Shown in pieces: positions 23,790-36,044 of a stretch of 64,000 bases of DNA. A model generated the notes under the pieces. That model worked only from the letters and a program-made list of their open reading frames with translations, did no database searches and had not been told where the DNA came from. Each line of letters starts with the position of its first letter. Position 1 is the stretch's first letter. The DNA lies in NCBI GenBank assembly GCA_002269645.1, contig NIVC01003773.1, forward strand, positions 1 through 64,000, read 5' to 3'. The position numbers were made by a program, and so were the translations under genes. Origin of the DNA: Macrostomum lignano (Eukaryota).

Positions 23790-24350
23790 CTTAAATGGGG
23801 AATCTCAAGCATCACAATGGAGAATCTCAGGCATCTCAATGGAGAATCTCAGGCATCTCAATGGAGAATCTCAGGCATCTCAATGGAGAATCTCAGGCAT
23901 CTCAATGCAGAATCTCAGGCATCTCAATGGAGAATCTCAGACATCTCAATGGAGAATCTCAGACATCTCAATGGAGAATCTCAGGCATCTCAGAGGAGAA
24001 TCTCAGGCTTCTCAAATGAGAATCCCAGGCCTTGGAAAAGAGAATCTCAGGTATCTTAAATCTCAGGCATCTCGAAGGAGAATCTCAGGCATCTCAGAGG
24101 AGAATCTCAGGCATCTCGAAGGAGAATCTCAGGCATCTCAGAGGAGAATCTCAGACATCTCAAAGGAGAATCTCAGGCATCTCTAAGGAGAATCTCAGGC
24201 ATCTCTGAGGAGAATCTCGGGCTTCTCAAATGAGAATCCCAGGCCTTGCAAAGGAGAATCTCAGGCATCTCTAAGGAGAGTCTCAGGCATCTCAAATGAG
24301 AATCCCAGGCCTTGGAAAGGAGAATCTCAGGCATCTCTAAGGAGAATCCC
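23790..24350. repeat. 22-bp minisatellite
   Basis: Unit ggagaatctcaggcatctcaat. Confidence 0.93.
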
Positions 24351-24949
24351 AGAATATCTATATCTAGCTTAATTTCTAATAAATTATTGAAAAGCAGCGG
24401 TTTGTGTTGGGACCGATGCCTCACTAACTAAATTTCCATTAACTATGGCAATAGTTAATCAATAGTTAAATCCTTAAACCTTCCCTATTTGGCAACAGAG
24501 GAGGGAAAGGTTAATCCTAGATTTAACAAATATGAATATCGATCCCCAACCTATAGGTCTTCAGGGAGGGGGGTTCGGGAGAACTAAGAAAAAAATAGAC
24601 AGCTTAAGAAGGTTGGGTAATAACAACCGCGCTGTAAAATAGAATAATTATTTAGTATTTTATTTCAATTTTTTTAACTATCGATTTCACCCTTACGTAA
24701 AACATATTTTATGTAAATAAGTAAAAGCAACTAAGCTGACAAAATAAAAGTTATTAAGATATTGACAACTACAGAAAAAAGTATAAAACAGCGAAAGTTA
24801 AAATTAACTGCTTCAAAAAGCAGACATAAAATATGACACTTTAAGCAAAGACAAAGCAGATCTGCGTGCACAATTACTAACATAAAAAAGCAGAAAAAGT
24901 TTGTTAAAATTTAAAAGCTTAAGGACAAGTACCAGATTTAACGGGACAA

Positions 24950-25746
24950 AATAGACAGACATATTGAGACAGACTAGAGATAGAGGACAGACATATTGAG
25001 ACAGACTAGAGATAGAGGACAGACACATTGAGACAGATTAGGGATAGAGGACAGACACATTGTGACAGATTAGGGATAGAGGACAGACACATTCAGACAC
25101 ATCATAGGGATAGAGGACAGACAACATTCAGACACATCATAAGGATAGAGGACAGACACATTCAGACATCATAAGGATAGAGGATAGACACATTCAGACA
25201 CATCATAAGGATAGAGGATAGACACATTCAGACACATCATAGGGATAGAGGACAGACACATTCAGACACATCATAGGGATAGAGGACAGACACATTCAGA
25301 CACATCATAAGGATAGAGGACAGACACATTCAGACACATCATAAGGATAGAGGACAGACACATTCAGACATCATAAGGATAGAGGATAGACACATTCGGA
25401 CACATCATAAGGATAGAGGACAGACAAATTCAGACACATCATAAGGATAGAGGACAGACACATTCGGACACATCATAAGGATAGAGGACAGACACATTCG
25501 GACACATCATAAGGATAGAGGACAGACAAATTCAGACACATCATAAGGATAGAGGACAGACACATTCGGACACATCATAAGGATAGAGGACAGACACATT
25601 CAGACACATCATAAGGATAGAGGACAGACACATTCAGACACATCATAAGGATAGAGGACAGACACATTCGGACACATCATAAGGATAGAGGACAGACACA
25701 TTCGGACACATCATAAGGATAGAGGACAGACACATTCAGACACATC
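24950..25746. repeat. 34-bp minisatellite directly 3' of the GPCR stop
   Basis: Unit cattcagacacatcataaggatagaggacagaca. Confidence 0.95.
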
Positions 25747-25776
25747 ACACAGTTCCAATGTTTTAAAACAAAACTC

Positions 25777-28276
25777 TCATTGAATTTCAGTGGAGATAAA
25801 CAGACCCGAAGCCTCAGACTGTCTGTCTCTATGCCCGTCTGGCACAGTTGAAAGCAACTGAACCTGTTGCTGATGTTGCTGTTGTTGCTGCTGCCGCTGC
25901 TGTTCGCAGGTTTTGCAGAGATAAAAGTACACAAACACATTAGTTAAAGAGTTGGTGCAGCACAGTATGTTGCTGAGCCAGAATAGACCATTCATTGAGT
26001 AGTTCATCAGCACTAATATTCTAATGACTACAGTCGGCAGGTACAGCACTAACAGTGCTATATTCATGGCCATAAAAGCTATGAATGGTCTCCGAAATCG
26101 CTTTCTGTTGTTGCGAATCGATTGTTGCGAGGCGCCAGAGCTACCGCCGTTCATGTGTCGCCACAAGGTGATTAACACGGCGCCTGAGGAAACCAGGCCG
26201 ATGACGAGGGGCAGGACAACCTGCGAGATTTAGGGTAAATTGAAGCACTATTTAATACTTTTGATAAATATATTCAGGCACAGTTTTAGAGACACGTTTA
26301 GCGACACAGTCATCGACACACCTAGCGACACAGTCATCGACACACCTAGCGACACACCTAGCGACACACCTAGCGACACACCTAGCGACATACCTAGCGA
26401 CACATTTAGCGAAACACCTAGCGACACATTTAGCGACACACCTAGCGACACACCTAGCGACACACCTAGCGACACATTTAGCGACACACCTAGCGACACA
26501 TTTAGCGACACACCTAGCGACACACCTAGCGACACATTTAGCGACACACCTAGCGACACACCTAGCGACACATTTAGCGACACACCTAGCGACACACCTA
26601 GCGACACATTTAGCGACACACCTAGCGAGACATTTAGCGACATTTCTTTTTCCAGAGGCATGTTTGTCAGCGACAGAGTAAAGCAAACCTTTTGAAGACA
26701 AAGTCAATCAACAAAATGGATATTCTACAGACTATAAAAAGAAACTTTGATCCTAACAGTTTTTTTTACAAAAATGGAATTAAAATCTCTAGTGAATCCT
26801 TTTCAATATTTCTTTTTTCCGTTCAATTAATTTAATTTATTGTTTTTTGTTATATCAATGAAATCCATTTCCATTTAAAATAGCACCCACAATAGAATTC
26901 TGCAAATGATTTAGTAAATTTTAATTGGCTATCTATAAAATGAATTGAAAACTCAAAGGATGATGATTTAATGTTAAAACCCAAGCGGAAAGCAATGGGA
27001 ACCTTAATTTCCTGAGACAAGATTAGTATCGTATTCGACTTTGAGGAATACTGTGTCTGCTTACGTCACAAAGGACGAATTCTAATTAAAATGTACGATT
27101 GGGATTCACATACCGGTATACAAGCAGGAACTGAAGATCTGGGAGGCGAACTGGCCCAGCAACCGAGGATCTGGGAGGCTGGCCCAGCAACCGAGGATCT
27201 GGGAGGCTGGCCCAGCAACTGAGGATCTGGGAGGCTGGCCTAGCAACTGAGGATATTGACCTAGCAACTGAGGATATTAACCTAGCAACTAAGGATATTG
27301 GCCTAGCAACTGAGGATATTGACCTAGCAACTGAGGATATTAACCTAGCAACTAAGGATATTGACCTAGCAACTGAGGATATTGACCCAGCAACTGAGGA
27401 TATTGGCCCAGCAGCTGAAGATATTGGCCTAGCAACTGAGGATATTGGTCCAGCAAGATCCAGTATCCACAGAATCAACAGGTTAAGCAGTAACAGCAGT
27501 CTCACCTGTAGCGGAAACACCACTCCAGTATTGACAGCCAAGAACAGGCTGGCATTATTAACAGCCAACAAGAACCGATCAACAGTAACCGGCGCACTCA
27601 ACCAAGACTGACTATCGCACAGCTCTCCAACAGTCTTCAAGGATAGAAAAGTACAAAACAGGCCAGCATTGCCCAGCAACAAGCAGCTAGCTAAGCGGAA
27701 TTGTCTCAGACTTGATCGTTCAGCGCGAGCTCGATGCGACAGCACACTGCCGCGACATCTGCCGCCGCCGCCGCCGCCGCCGCTATGCCTACTAAACAGT
27801 CGATACCTTGTCAACGAAATTAAAGCCACCAACCAGTTCCTATAGAACAGGCAGACAGAAGCTAACCACTGATTAATGCCAATAGTCAATGATAACATCG
27901 GCGCCAATTTAACCACAGGAAACCTGCGACACAAGCCTAGACAGAGGAACAATAAACTATCGACTATTAGACAGATTGCAATAACAGTTTCCGTAGCCAG
28001 CATTGACGATATCATGCTAGCAACTGCTGGTTCGGTTTTACGGTTCTTCTCAACAAATAAAGATGCAACAGACAGGCATAGGATAGCCGCGCTGAACACT
28101 AGAAAAGTGTAAGCCTGATTACGCAATATGGGACAGTCCGGCCAACCAGTTGTTGTTCCATTCATAAAATCGTCCAATGTAGACAAATCGAATCCGTTAA
28201 ACTCTACTATTGATAATTGTTCAATACCATTTGTAGTGCAGTTCACCGATCGATAATAAATTGGAAATGGCAGCAT
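25777..28276 (-). CDS. Orphan rhodopsin-like (class A) 7TM GPCR, about 404 aa; exons 28276-27506, 26220-25777
   Basis: Seven hydrophobic segments; N-terminal N-glycosylation sequons (NCT, NGT); TM3 RNWLVALISLTRY (DRY variant); TM5 split at VVFPLQ|VVLPLVI; TM7 TNSLTNVFVY (NPxxY variant). GT-AG intron, phase 0. Upstream acceptor tttag at 28313. Confidence 0.8.
26285..26642. repeat. 12-bp minisatellite in the GPCR intron
   Basis: Unit tagcgacacacc / tagcgacacatt. Confidence 0.94.
27130..27460. repeat. Composite 28-bp / 21-bp minisatellite in the GPCR intron
   Basis: gaggatctgggaggctggcccagcaact (reverse complement of the TAF1 intron 5 unit) grading into gacctagcaactgaggatatt. Confidence 0.9.
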
Positions 28277-28379
28277 GGCCGTATCCGATCCTTGGCACTG
28301 CTTAACAATAACCTAAAATTGAGGGTTTTTTAATAGGCTCTCGTGCAGATGATTATTCAACAGTGAAATTTTAAAGATA

Positions 28380-28710
28380 TGAGAGAGACAAAACAAAGGG
28401 GGAAGAGTGGAGAGAGAGCGGAGAGCAGGAGAGTAGAGAGGGCGATGGAGAAGAGAAGAAGAGGGGGAAGGCGGGAAGGGGGGAGGGCGGGAAGATAAGG
28501 GGAAGGCGGGAATGGGGGAGGGGAAGGCGGGAATGGGGAGGGGAAGGCGGGAATGGGGAGGGGAAGGCGGGAAGGGGGAGAAAGGAAGGCGGGAAAGGGG
28601 GAGGGGAAGACAGGAATGGGGGAGGGGAAGGCGGGAAGGGGGAGAGAGGAGGCGGGAAGGGGGAGAGGGAAAGGCGGGCGGAGAGAGGGAAAGCAGAGGG
28701 AAAGTAGAGA
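28380..28710. repeat. Purine-rich low-complexity tract with ~21-bp units (pyrimidine-rich on the GPCR sense strand)
   Basis: gggggaggggaaggcgggaat repeats. Confidence 0.85.
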
Positions 28711-29599
28711 GGTGCAAAGTGACGTATAGATAAAAAGTGAAGAAAAATTACTCGCTGTACTATTACGAAAAAAAACAGGCGATCATTTTTGAGCGAGCAT
28801 GTCAGAGCAAGTGGGGGTGGGATGGGGAGAGAGAGCAACGGAATTAGAGTGACGCAGGGGATGAGCGATGAGAGAGAGAAGCCAGAAAAAAGCTGTTAAT
28901 GCCTAAAAGCAATAAGGCCGATGCTGCTGAAGCGGGACCTGCATAACGAGAATTCCCTTGCCGTACCGTTGACAAATTCACTTCATACAGAATTTCAACA
29001 GCGCACGTACTGTGCCACTCCAATACGAATATACGATTATAAAGTCAACACTTCTCAAGCATAAGATGAGATGAAAACCAGAAAACCCAAACAGAATCCT
29101 ATCGTGTTTGCTTGAATGAGCGAAATGATGAAGAAAACAACAATGAATATCTACGACGTAACTAACCAAATGGCCCAGCACAGTGAGCAGGACCAACACA
29201 TTCATAGCAAAGCCTACAGCAAGTTGTGTAAGCCATCTGGGATTTACAACCATTAACTCAACTGTGCGGCTACTAGCTTCCAACTGAGTATAAAGTACAA
29301 AACCTACTTTATACCTAAGCAAATTAAAACGTTTAAAGAAATTAAGTAGCTAAGCTTAAAATTATTATACTTGATTATTTGCAGTGTCAAAAGTGCAGTG
29401 ACATAAGTGCACAAGTTCTTCAGAATAAAGAGCTTGTTGTCAGTAACCGTTATTTTATTAACTGCAACGTGCTGGAAAATAAAAAAATCTAGACAACCTG
29501 CAAATACATGTAGCCAAGTTATAAAAAAACCAGGGTAGCTTTTCGTGTAAACAGAGTTCCTAAAAAACGTTACTTAAGAAATGAGGGACGACAGGCAGA

Positions 29600-29636
29600 T
29601 AAAGAGGAGCAGACAGACAGAGACAGACAGACAGAC

Positions 29637-29671
<35 letters not shown>

Positions 29672-29732
29672 TACAGACAGACAGTCAGACAGACAGTCAG
29701 ACAGACAGACAGACAGACAGACACACAGACAC

Positions 29733-29763
<31 letters not shown>

Positions 29764-29772
29764 CAGACAGAC

Positions 29773-29809
<37 letters not shown>

Positions 29810-29820
29810 GACAGACAGAC
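29600..29820. repeat. (GACA)n microsatellite
   Basis: Directly visible; lies between a putative donor (29841) and acceptor (29315) on -. Confidence 0.95.
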
Positions 29821-30084
29821 AGTACCCAAAGCATTTCTTACCAATTGACCGGCAGGCCAAAAGAGAACACTCGATGGTAAAAATGCCAACAGCACAGCAA
29901 GAGTTTAATTAGTCAGACGCAGAGACGCTGGGGCGGCGCTCTGTCAGAATAATCTCTAGATTAGCAAAAGTACACAGACTCAGATAGCTTAATGAGCAAC
30001 GCTTAATAACCGTTTGAAGGATTCACTGACCGCAAAAACTGGTTTAATAGGGAATCGCGTGGGGGAGGAGAATAGCTGATATTT

Positions 30085-30150
30085 TGCTGGCCAAATCTAA
30101 CTAAAGGAACGAGCGCTATTGGCCGAAGTTCGAGTAGCCAATAGCAACGT
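30085..30150. promoter_or_regulatory. Possible promoter with paired CCAAT boxes, oriented toward the GPCR 5' UTR
   Basis: ctattggcc (~30117) and gccaatag (~30138) at a boundary between mixed and AT-rich sequence; motif-only evidence. Confidence 0.25.
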
Positions 30151-31687
30151 TTGACACTGACAAGTACTGCTGCGATACAGTTTGCGTTGGCTCATAAATT
30201 ACACAATTATAAATAAGTATATGACTAATACTTACCTTACCAAAGGCATATTGATTCTTGCTGATAAAGTTATTAGTTTATCTTAATGTTTTTGCTGAAA
30301 GTTTTAAAATAGTAAAAAATTAGAATATATGTACTTTAAATAAACAAATTAAATCAAAATCTGATTTGTCAGCACTCATTTTTGACAAAGGATATTAAAT
30401 CAATTGTTCGTGAATTTATTAGTAAATAAAAATTACTAATACAAATATTACTTTAACAGTGAAAGTCAGTAATGAACAAAAATCAAGCATATATGCAATA
30501 CCATATAATAGTAATTATATAAATCGTTTGATAAGTTGATTTGAACTCGACAACAACAACAGACAATGCGAGAGACTCTTGATCCTCAGTCAAAACGGTG
30601 TGTGAAATATTGATCATAAAAAAATTAATGATAATAATAACAATATTAATAAAGTAGCATAAAAAACCGTGCTACTAATGTCTTTAAAGCCAATAAATGA
30701 CATAACAGATACACTACTATTAGTAATTGTAGTGCATATTGTATTGCTTTCAAATTCGTGACGCATTTGACGCCCTTATCTGAGGCTACGGCCCCTTGAC
30801 TTTGCAACCTTCCAAAGCTGTGAATCTTTTAAAATATGCTTATTTAAAAATTACTTATACGGGTCACAATGTAACAAATGCCAAATGACAGTCGGCGGAC
30901 CACAGACTAAAGCAATACAAAACATGCTTCAAGACTTGAGTATTGTTCTGATAATATAATACCTTGGAAAACAAAATTTTCGGCTGCCAATTGCTCTGAC
31001 AGAAAGTTCACATAGTGATTGAAGTGTTAACAAATGTCATTAACATAGCCATTTAGATTGAAGAGTCAAATCGCAGTTTTAATTTTAAAAAAAGATGAAA
31101 AAATGTTATTCAATCAACTGTATAAACTGTGAAGGCTTCTGAATGTGTTGCGAACCCGGCGCTGTGGTTGGGGGAAAAAGCGACACTAGCTATATAGCAA
31201 GGCAATACAAAACATTCATTTGGAGTGGCTATTTAAATATAATTATTTATAGATTTTACATAAGCCACTGATCTTACAGAACACATATTAAGCACCAATA
31301 TTGAAAGTGTTTTACAGTGCTGTTTAATAATTAAAAATTGGCATCATACATAAATTTTATAAATATATGTTTAGGCTTTAAATAAAACAAACAGTTCTTT
31401 ATGGCTTAAAGACATGAATTTGTCATTGTTCTAAATTTATTACATCCGATCAACCGTAAACAAACAAAATGGCCGCGTTTTGCGTGCAAAAAAACATATT
31501 AAAAAATTGCTTTTTCGAATGGGTTTCATTCATTTTTGCGCATTTTTAGGCAAAAAGAAAATAGAATGCTCTCTTAGCCCAAAAACTGTCGGTTAATATC
31601 AGGCAAAACCATTAATATTGAGTTTGCAAACAAAACAATACATTAGCTATTGGTAGCCATTGCAATTAGAAATCGCACATGCTTCGA

Positions 31688-32940
31688 TAGTGGGTCAGTG
31701 ACGATATTTGGTGTGGGTCAGTGACGATATTTGGAGTGGGTCAGTGACGATATTTGGTGTGGGTCAGTGACGATATTTAGTGTGGGTCAGTGACGATATT
31801 TGGTGTGGGTCAGTGACGATATTTAGTGTGGGTCAGTGACGATTTTTGGAGTGGGTCAGTGACGATATTTGGTGTGGGTCAGTGACGATATTTGGAGTGG
31901 GTCAGTGACGATATTTGGTGTGGGTCAGTGACGATATTTAGTGTGGGTCAGTGACGATTTTTGGAGTGGGTCAGTGACGATTTTTGGAGTGGGTCAGTGA
32001 CGATATTTGGTGTGGGTCAGTGACGATATTTGGTGTGGGTCAGTGACGATATTTAGTGTGGGTCAGTGACATTTGGTGTGGGTCAGTGACGATATTTGGT
32101 GTGGGTCAGTGACGATATTTAGTGTGGGTCAGTGACGATATTTGGTGTGGGTCAGTGACGATATTTGGTGTGGGTCAGTGACGATATTTAGTGTGGGTCA
32201 GTGACGATATTTAGTGTGGGTCAGTGACATTTGGTGTGGGTCAGTGACGATATTTGGTGTGGGTCAGTGACGATATTTGGTGTGGGTCAGTGACGATATT
32301 TAGTGTGAGTCAGTGACGATATTTAGTGCGAGTCAGTGACGATATTTGGTGTGGGTCAGTGACGATATTTGGTGTGGGTCAGTGACGATTTTTGGTGTGG
32401 GTCAGTGACGATATTTGGTGTGGGTCAGTGACGATATTTAGTGTGGGTCAGTGACGATATTTGGAGTGGGTCAGTGACGATATTTGGTGTGGGTCAGTGA
32501 CGATATTTGGTGTGGGTCAGTGACGATTTTTGGTGTGGGTCAGTGACGATATTTGGTGTGGGTCAGTGACGATATTTGGTGTGGGTCAGTGACGATATTT
32601 GGTGTGGGTCAGTGACGATATTTGGTGTGGGTCAGTGACGATATTTGGTGTGGGTCACTGACGATATTTAGTGTGGGTCAGTGACGATATTTGGTGTGGG
32701 TCAGTGACGATATTTGGTGTAGGTCAGTGACGATATTTGGTGTGGGTCACTGACGATATTTGGTGTGGGTCAGTGACGATATTTGGTGTGGGTCAGTGAC
32801 GATATTTGGTGTGGGTCAGTGACGATATTTGGTGTGGGTCAGTGACGATATTTGGTGTGGGTCAGTGACGATATTTGGTGTGGGTCACTGACGATATTTG
32901 GTGTGGGTCACTGACGATATTTAGTGTGAGTCACTGCCGA
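31688..32940. repeat. 23-bp minisatellite, about 54 copies
   Basis: Unit gtgggtcagtgacgatatttggt. Confidence 0.97.
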
Positions 32941-33202
32941 TTCTTAAAGTGGGTCAGTTTGAGGCGTTTAATTGTCTGCAACTCTGAAACGAAGCGCTAA
33001 CACGACGGCTTTTTTCATGACTCTTACGATTATGTAACTCACGTCTTGATGCACTCGTGACGCAACAGTCGCCTTTCTGTCTCACCACAGTCTTTTGAGT
33101 CGCTATTAAAGTCACAAGAGTCGCCCCAAGAGTCACTAGTGAGCTGTTTGCAATGACTTTTCAGCGATTCTGGTCACAGTCTTGTCAGCGATCTGTCAAA
33201 AA

Positions 33203-34226
33203 CTATTTATCCCCAGCAGGCATGTCCTGACACTTGCCGCTCATCAGCACCCTGACTTTTCCGGGCATAACCCAGCCCTGAACTGGGCCATAGCTCATTG
33301 GTTCGCCGTCAATCATCATGTGACCACCAGGTGTCAGAGGCTCCAAGCGGAATGCCCTAGCTCGAATCACTTCAATCGAGTCGCCTTCTAATCGACCTTT
33401 GGCAGCGCCGGTGAAACCGCGCAGAAACTGCGACCGAGAGCACGGATAGACGCAGAACAGGCGCCACAGACCGTCGTCTGGTTGCCAGTCGGTAACTGGG
33501 AAAAAATCCTCAGCTAAATGAGACATTAACAAGGCTCCAATTGTGTAGAAGTCCCGTTCTAACACTGTCCAACTAGTTGGAACCGGTTGATCAAAATTTG
33601 GCAGAGAATCTATCAATTGATTAGCTGGGTCAGCTGGCAGGTAGGACAATCTGCCTCGGTAGCGTTTAATACCTGCTAGGCATTTCTTAGTTAGCAACAG
33701 GCCGAAGCGAGCTCCGCCCAGGATGCGAAAGCGTTCACTCTCGGCGTCAACATCGGCAATGAGGCCCCAGGTGACAGACAGGACGCAGTGCAAAGGTCGA
33801 TCAGTATTGGTAGGCGTCTGTATAACACCAACATCTAGGTTAATAAGGCTGTCAGGCCGGTGCTTCACTAAGCTCAAAGCGGCGTGTTGAATCAAATTGT
33901 CGGGATGAAATTCGCCTAAATAGTTGAGTAGACTGGACACTACTGCGTTGCCGGAGCCTGGAGCATTATAAATTAATAATACCAATAATAATAATAATAA
34001 TTGCCATGTTTGTATTACAAGCTTCTATTAATAACTGTTCTCTACTTGTAGTAGACTATAATAGAGCAAATTCGAAAATCATGGGATTTTATTAATATTA
34101 GATTTTAATAAATATAACATTAGTAAACAAATAAACAGACAAAATGCTGCAAAATTGACATGCATCAAAATACAGATAAGAGACACATTTCAGACAAATA
34201 CTCTGCAGACAAGATACAATAAAGCG

Positions 34227-34269
<43 letters not shown>

Positions 34270-35915
34270 TGACAGACAGACAGACAGGCAACCATGCAGA
34301 CAGGCAGACATACGGACAGACAGAGGGAGAGAGAGAAAGGACAGGACAGACAGACAGACTATACTAGTCAATGCGAGTTAGAACTGTATAAGATAGACAA
34401 TAAACTGATGTACCTCTCCGATGCTAACACCATCTAGCTACTATAAGTAGTGCAACAGAGCACAGACTCACCAGCCGGTACAACGCCAATAGGAATAGAC
34501 CGCACAGCAGCCTCAGCATCCGGCCTGTTTAACAAACTGTTGACAACTTCGTAGACTAGACCGTCCCCAGATACGATAACGATCCCGGACACGGAATCAA
34601 TTGGCACCGAAGTTGATAACTCGCGCACGTGATCTAACGATCGAGTGACCACAAGCTGATAGGGGAAATCTGCATCTGCTAATATCGGATTAACGTGTCG
34701 TAGGAACAGGTCGTAGGCTTTGCCAGAGCCAGAGCGTGGATTCAATAGTATTAAGCAGGGCTTCCTGTTGTCGGGTTTGTAGTTGTAAATAAATTAAGTG
34801 CGCAGGATAGATGTACTGTTATAGTACACGTGCATATACTTTACGTATTTAGGAGAATATTAAAGTACATTCTGGGTTTTTCCACCAAATTTGGCTTATT
34901 ATTAGGATTTATAAGATTTCTCAAGGCTTCTAGCAATTTTTAAATTTTAGTACAAATCTACAATAAAACTGTACAGCTCCTCAATAAAACTGTACCAATT
35001 AACAATAAACTGTACAGATTCACAATAAAACTGTACAGACCCTAAATAAAACTGTACAGACCCTAAATAAAACTGTACAGACCCTAAATAAAACTGTACA
35101 GACCCTCAATAAAATTGTACAGACCCTCAATAAAACTGTACAGACCCTCAATAAAACTGTACAGACCCTCAATAAAACTGTACAGACCCTATAAAAACTG
35201 TACAGACCCTCAATAAAACTGTACAGACCCTCAAAAAAACTGTACAGACCCTCAATAAAACTGTACAGACCCTATAAAAACTGTACAAACCCTCAAAAAA
35301 ACTGTACAGACCCTATAAAAACTGTACAGACCCTCAAAAAACTGTACAGACCCTATAAAAACTGTACAGACCCTCAATAAACAGTACAGACCCTCAATGA
35401 AACTGTACAGACCCTATAAAACTGTACAGACCCTCAATAAAACAGTACAGACCCTCAATAAAACTGTACAGACCCTCAATAAAACTGTACAGACCCTCGA
35501 CAAAACAGTACAGATCCACAATAAAACTGTACAGACCCTCAATACACAGATCCTAATTGGACACTCACGGCCAGGTCACAGACGGACAGGGGCCATCGGG
35601 TTCAACAGGCGGTGCACCAGCAGAATTGCCGACAGACTTCAACGCTGCCAGCAGATGCAATTGGCACTCTTTAGCGTCTTGAAAACCGCCAATTTGCCAG
35701 CGAATAACCCGACGCTCGCGTTTGCCCGAGCGCCGGTGTCTGGGATAGGCGAACACGGTTAGACTGCACACTGATCGCGACCGTTCGCAATGGCAGCCGA
35801 TTGTATCCGACCAGCGAATTAATTCGCTACCAGCGTAAGAAAATCCAGCTGTTGATAAGCTTAATTTAGCCAGTCCATTGTTACCGTCTCCGCTGCTGCT
35901 GTCAACGCTTGCCAT
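33203..35915 (-). CDS. SPHK: Sphingosine kinase (DAGKc family), 464 aa; exons 35915-35569, 34764-34472, 33957-33203
   Basis: KPCLILLNPRSGSGKA, IVIVSGDGLVYEVVNSL, IGVVPAG|SGNAV, SVTWGLIADVDAESERFRILGGARF, MMIDGEPM. GT-AG junctions, phases 2 and 1; total 1395 nt in frame. Paralog (SPHK1 vs SPHK2) not resolvable. Confidence 0.93.
34225..34362. repeat. (GACA)n microsatellite in SPHK intron 2
   Basis: Directly visible. Confidence 0.9.
34960..35545. repeat. 21-bp minisatellite in SPHK intron 1
   Basis: Unit aaaactgtacagaccctcaat. Confidence 0.95.
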
Positions 35916-36044
35916 TGTTGCTTTTTTCAAGCAAACTTACGCAGCTAAGAATGCAGTTTGATATTATATGAATCATAAACGAATAAAACTCCTTTTTTAA
36001 TCCAAACATATTGGGCTACTGGGATTTAGAAGTTACTGACCAAA

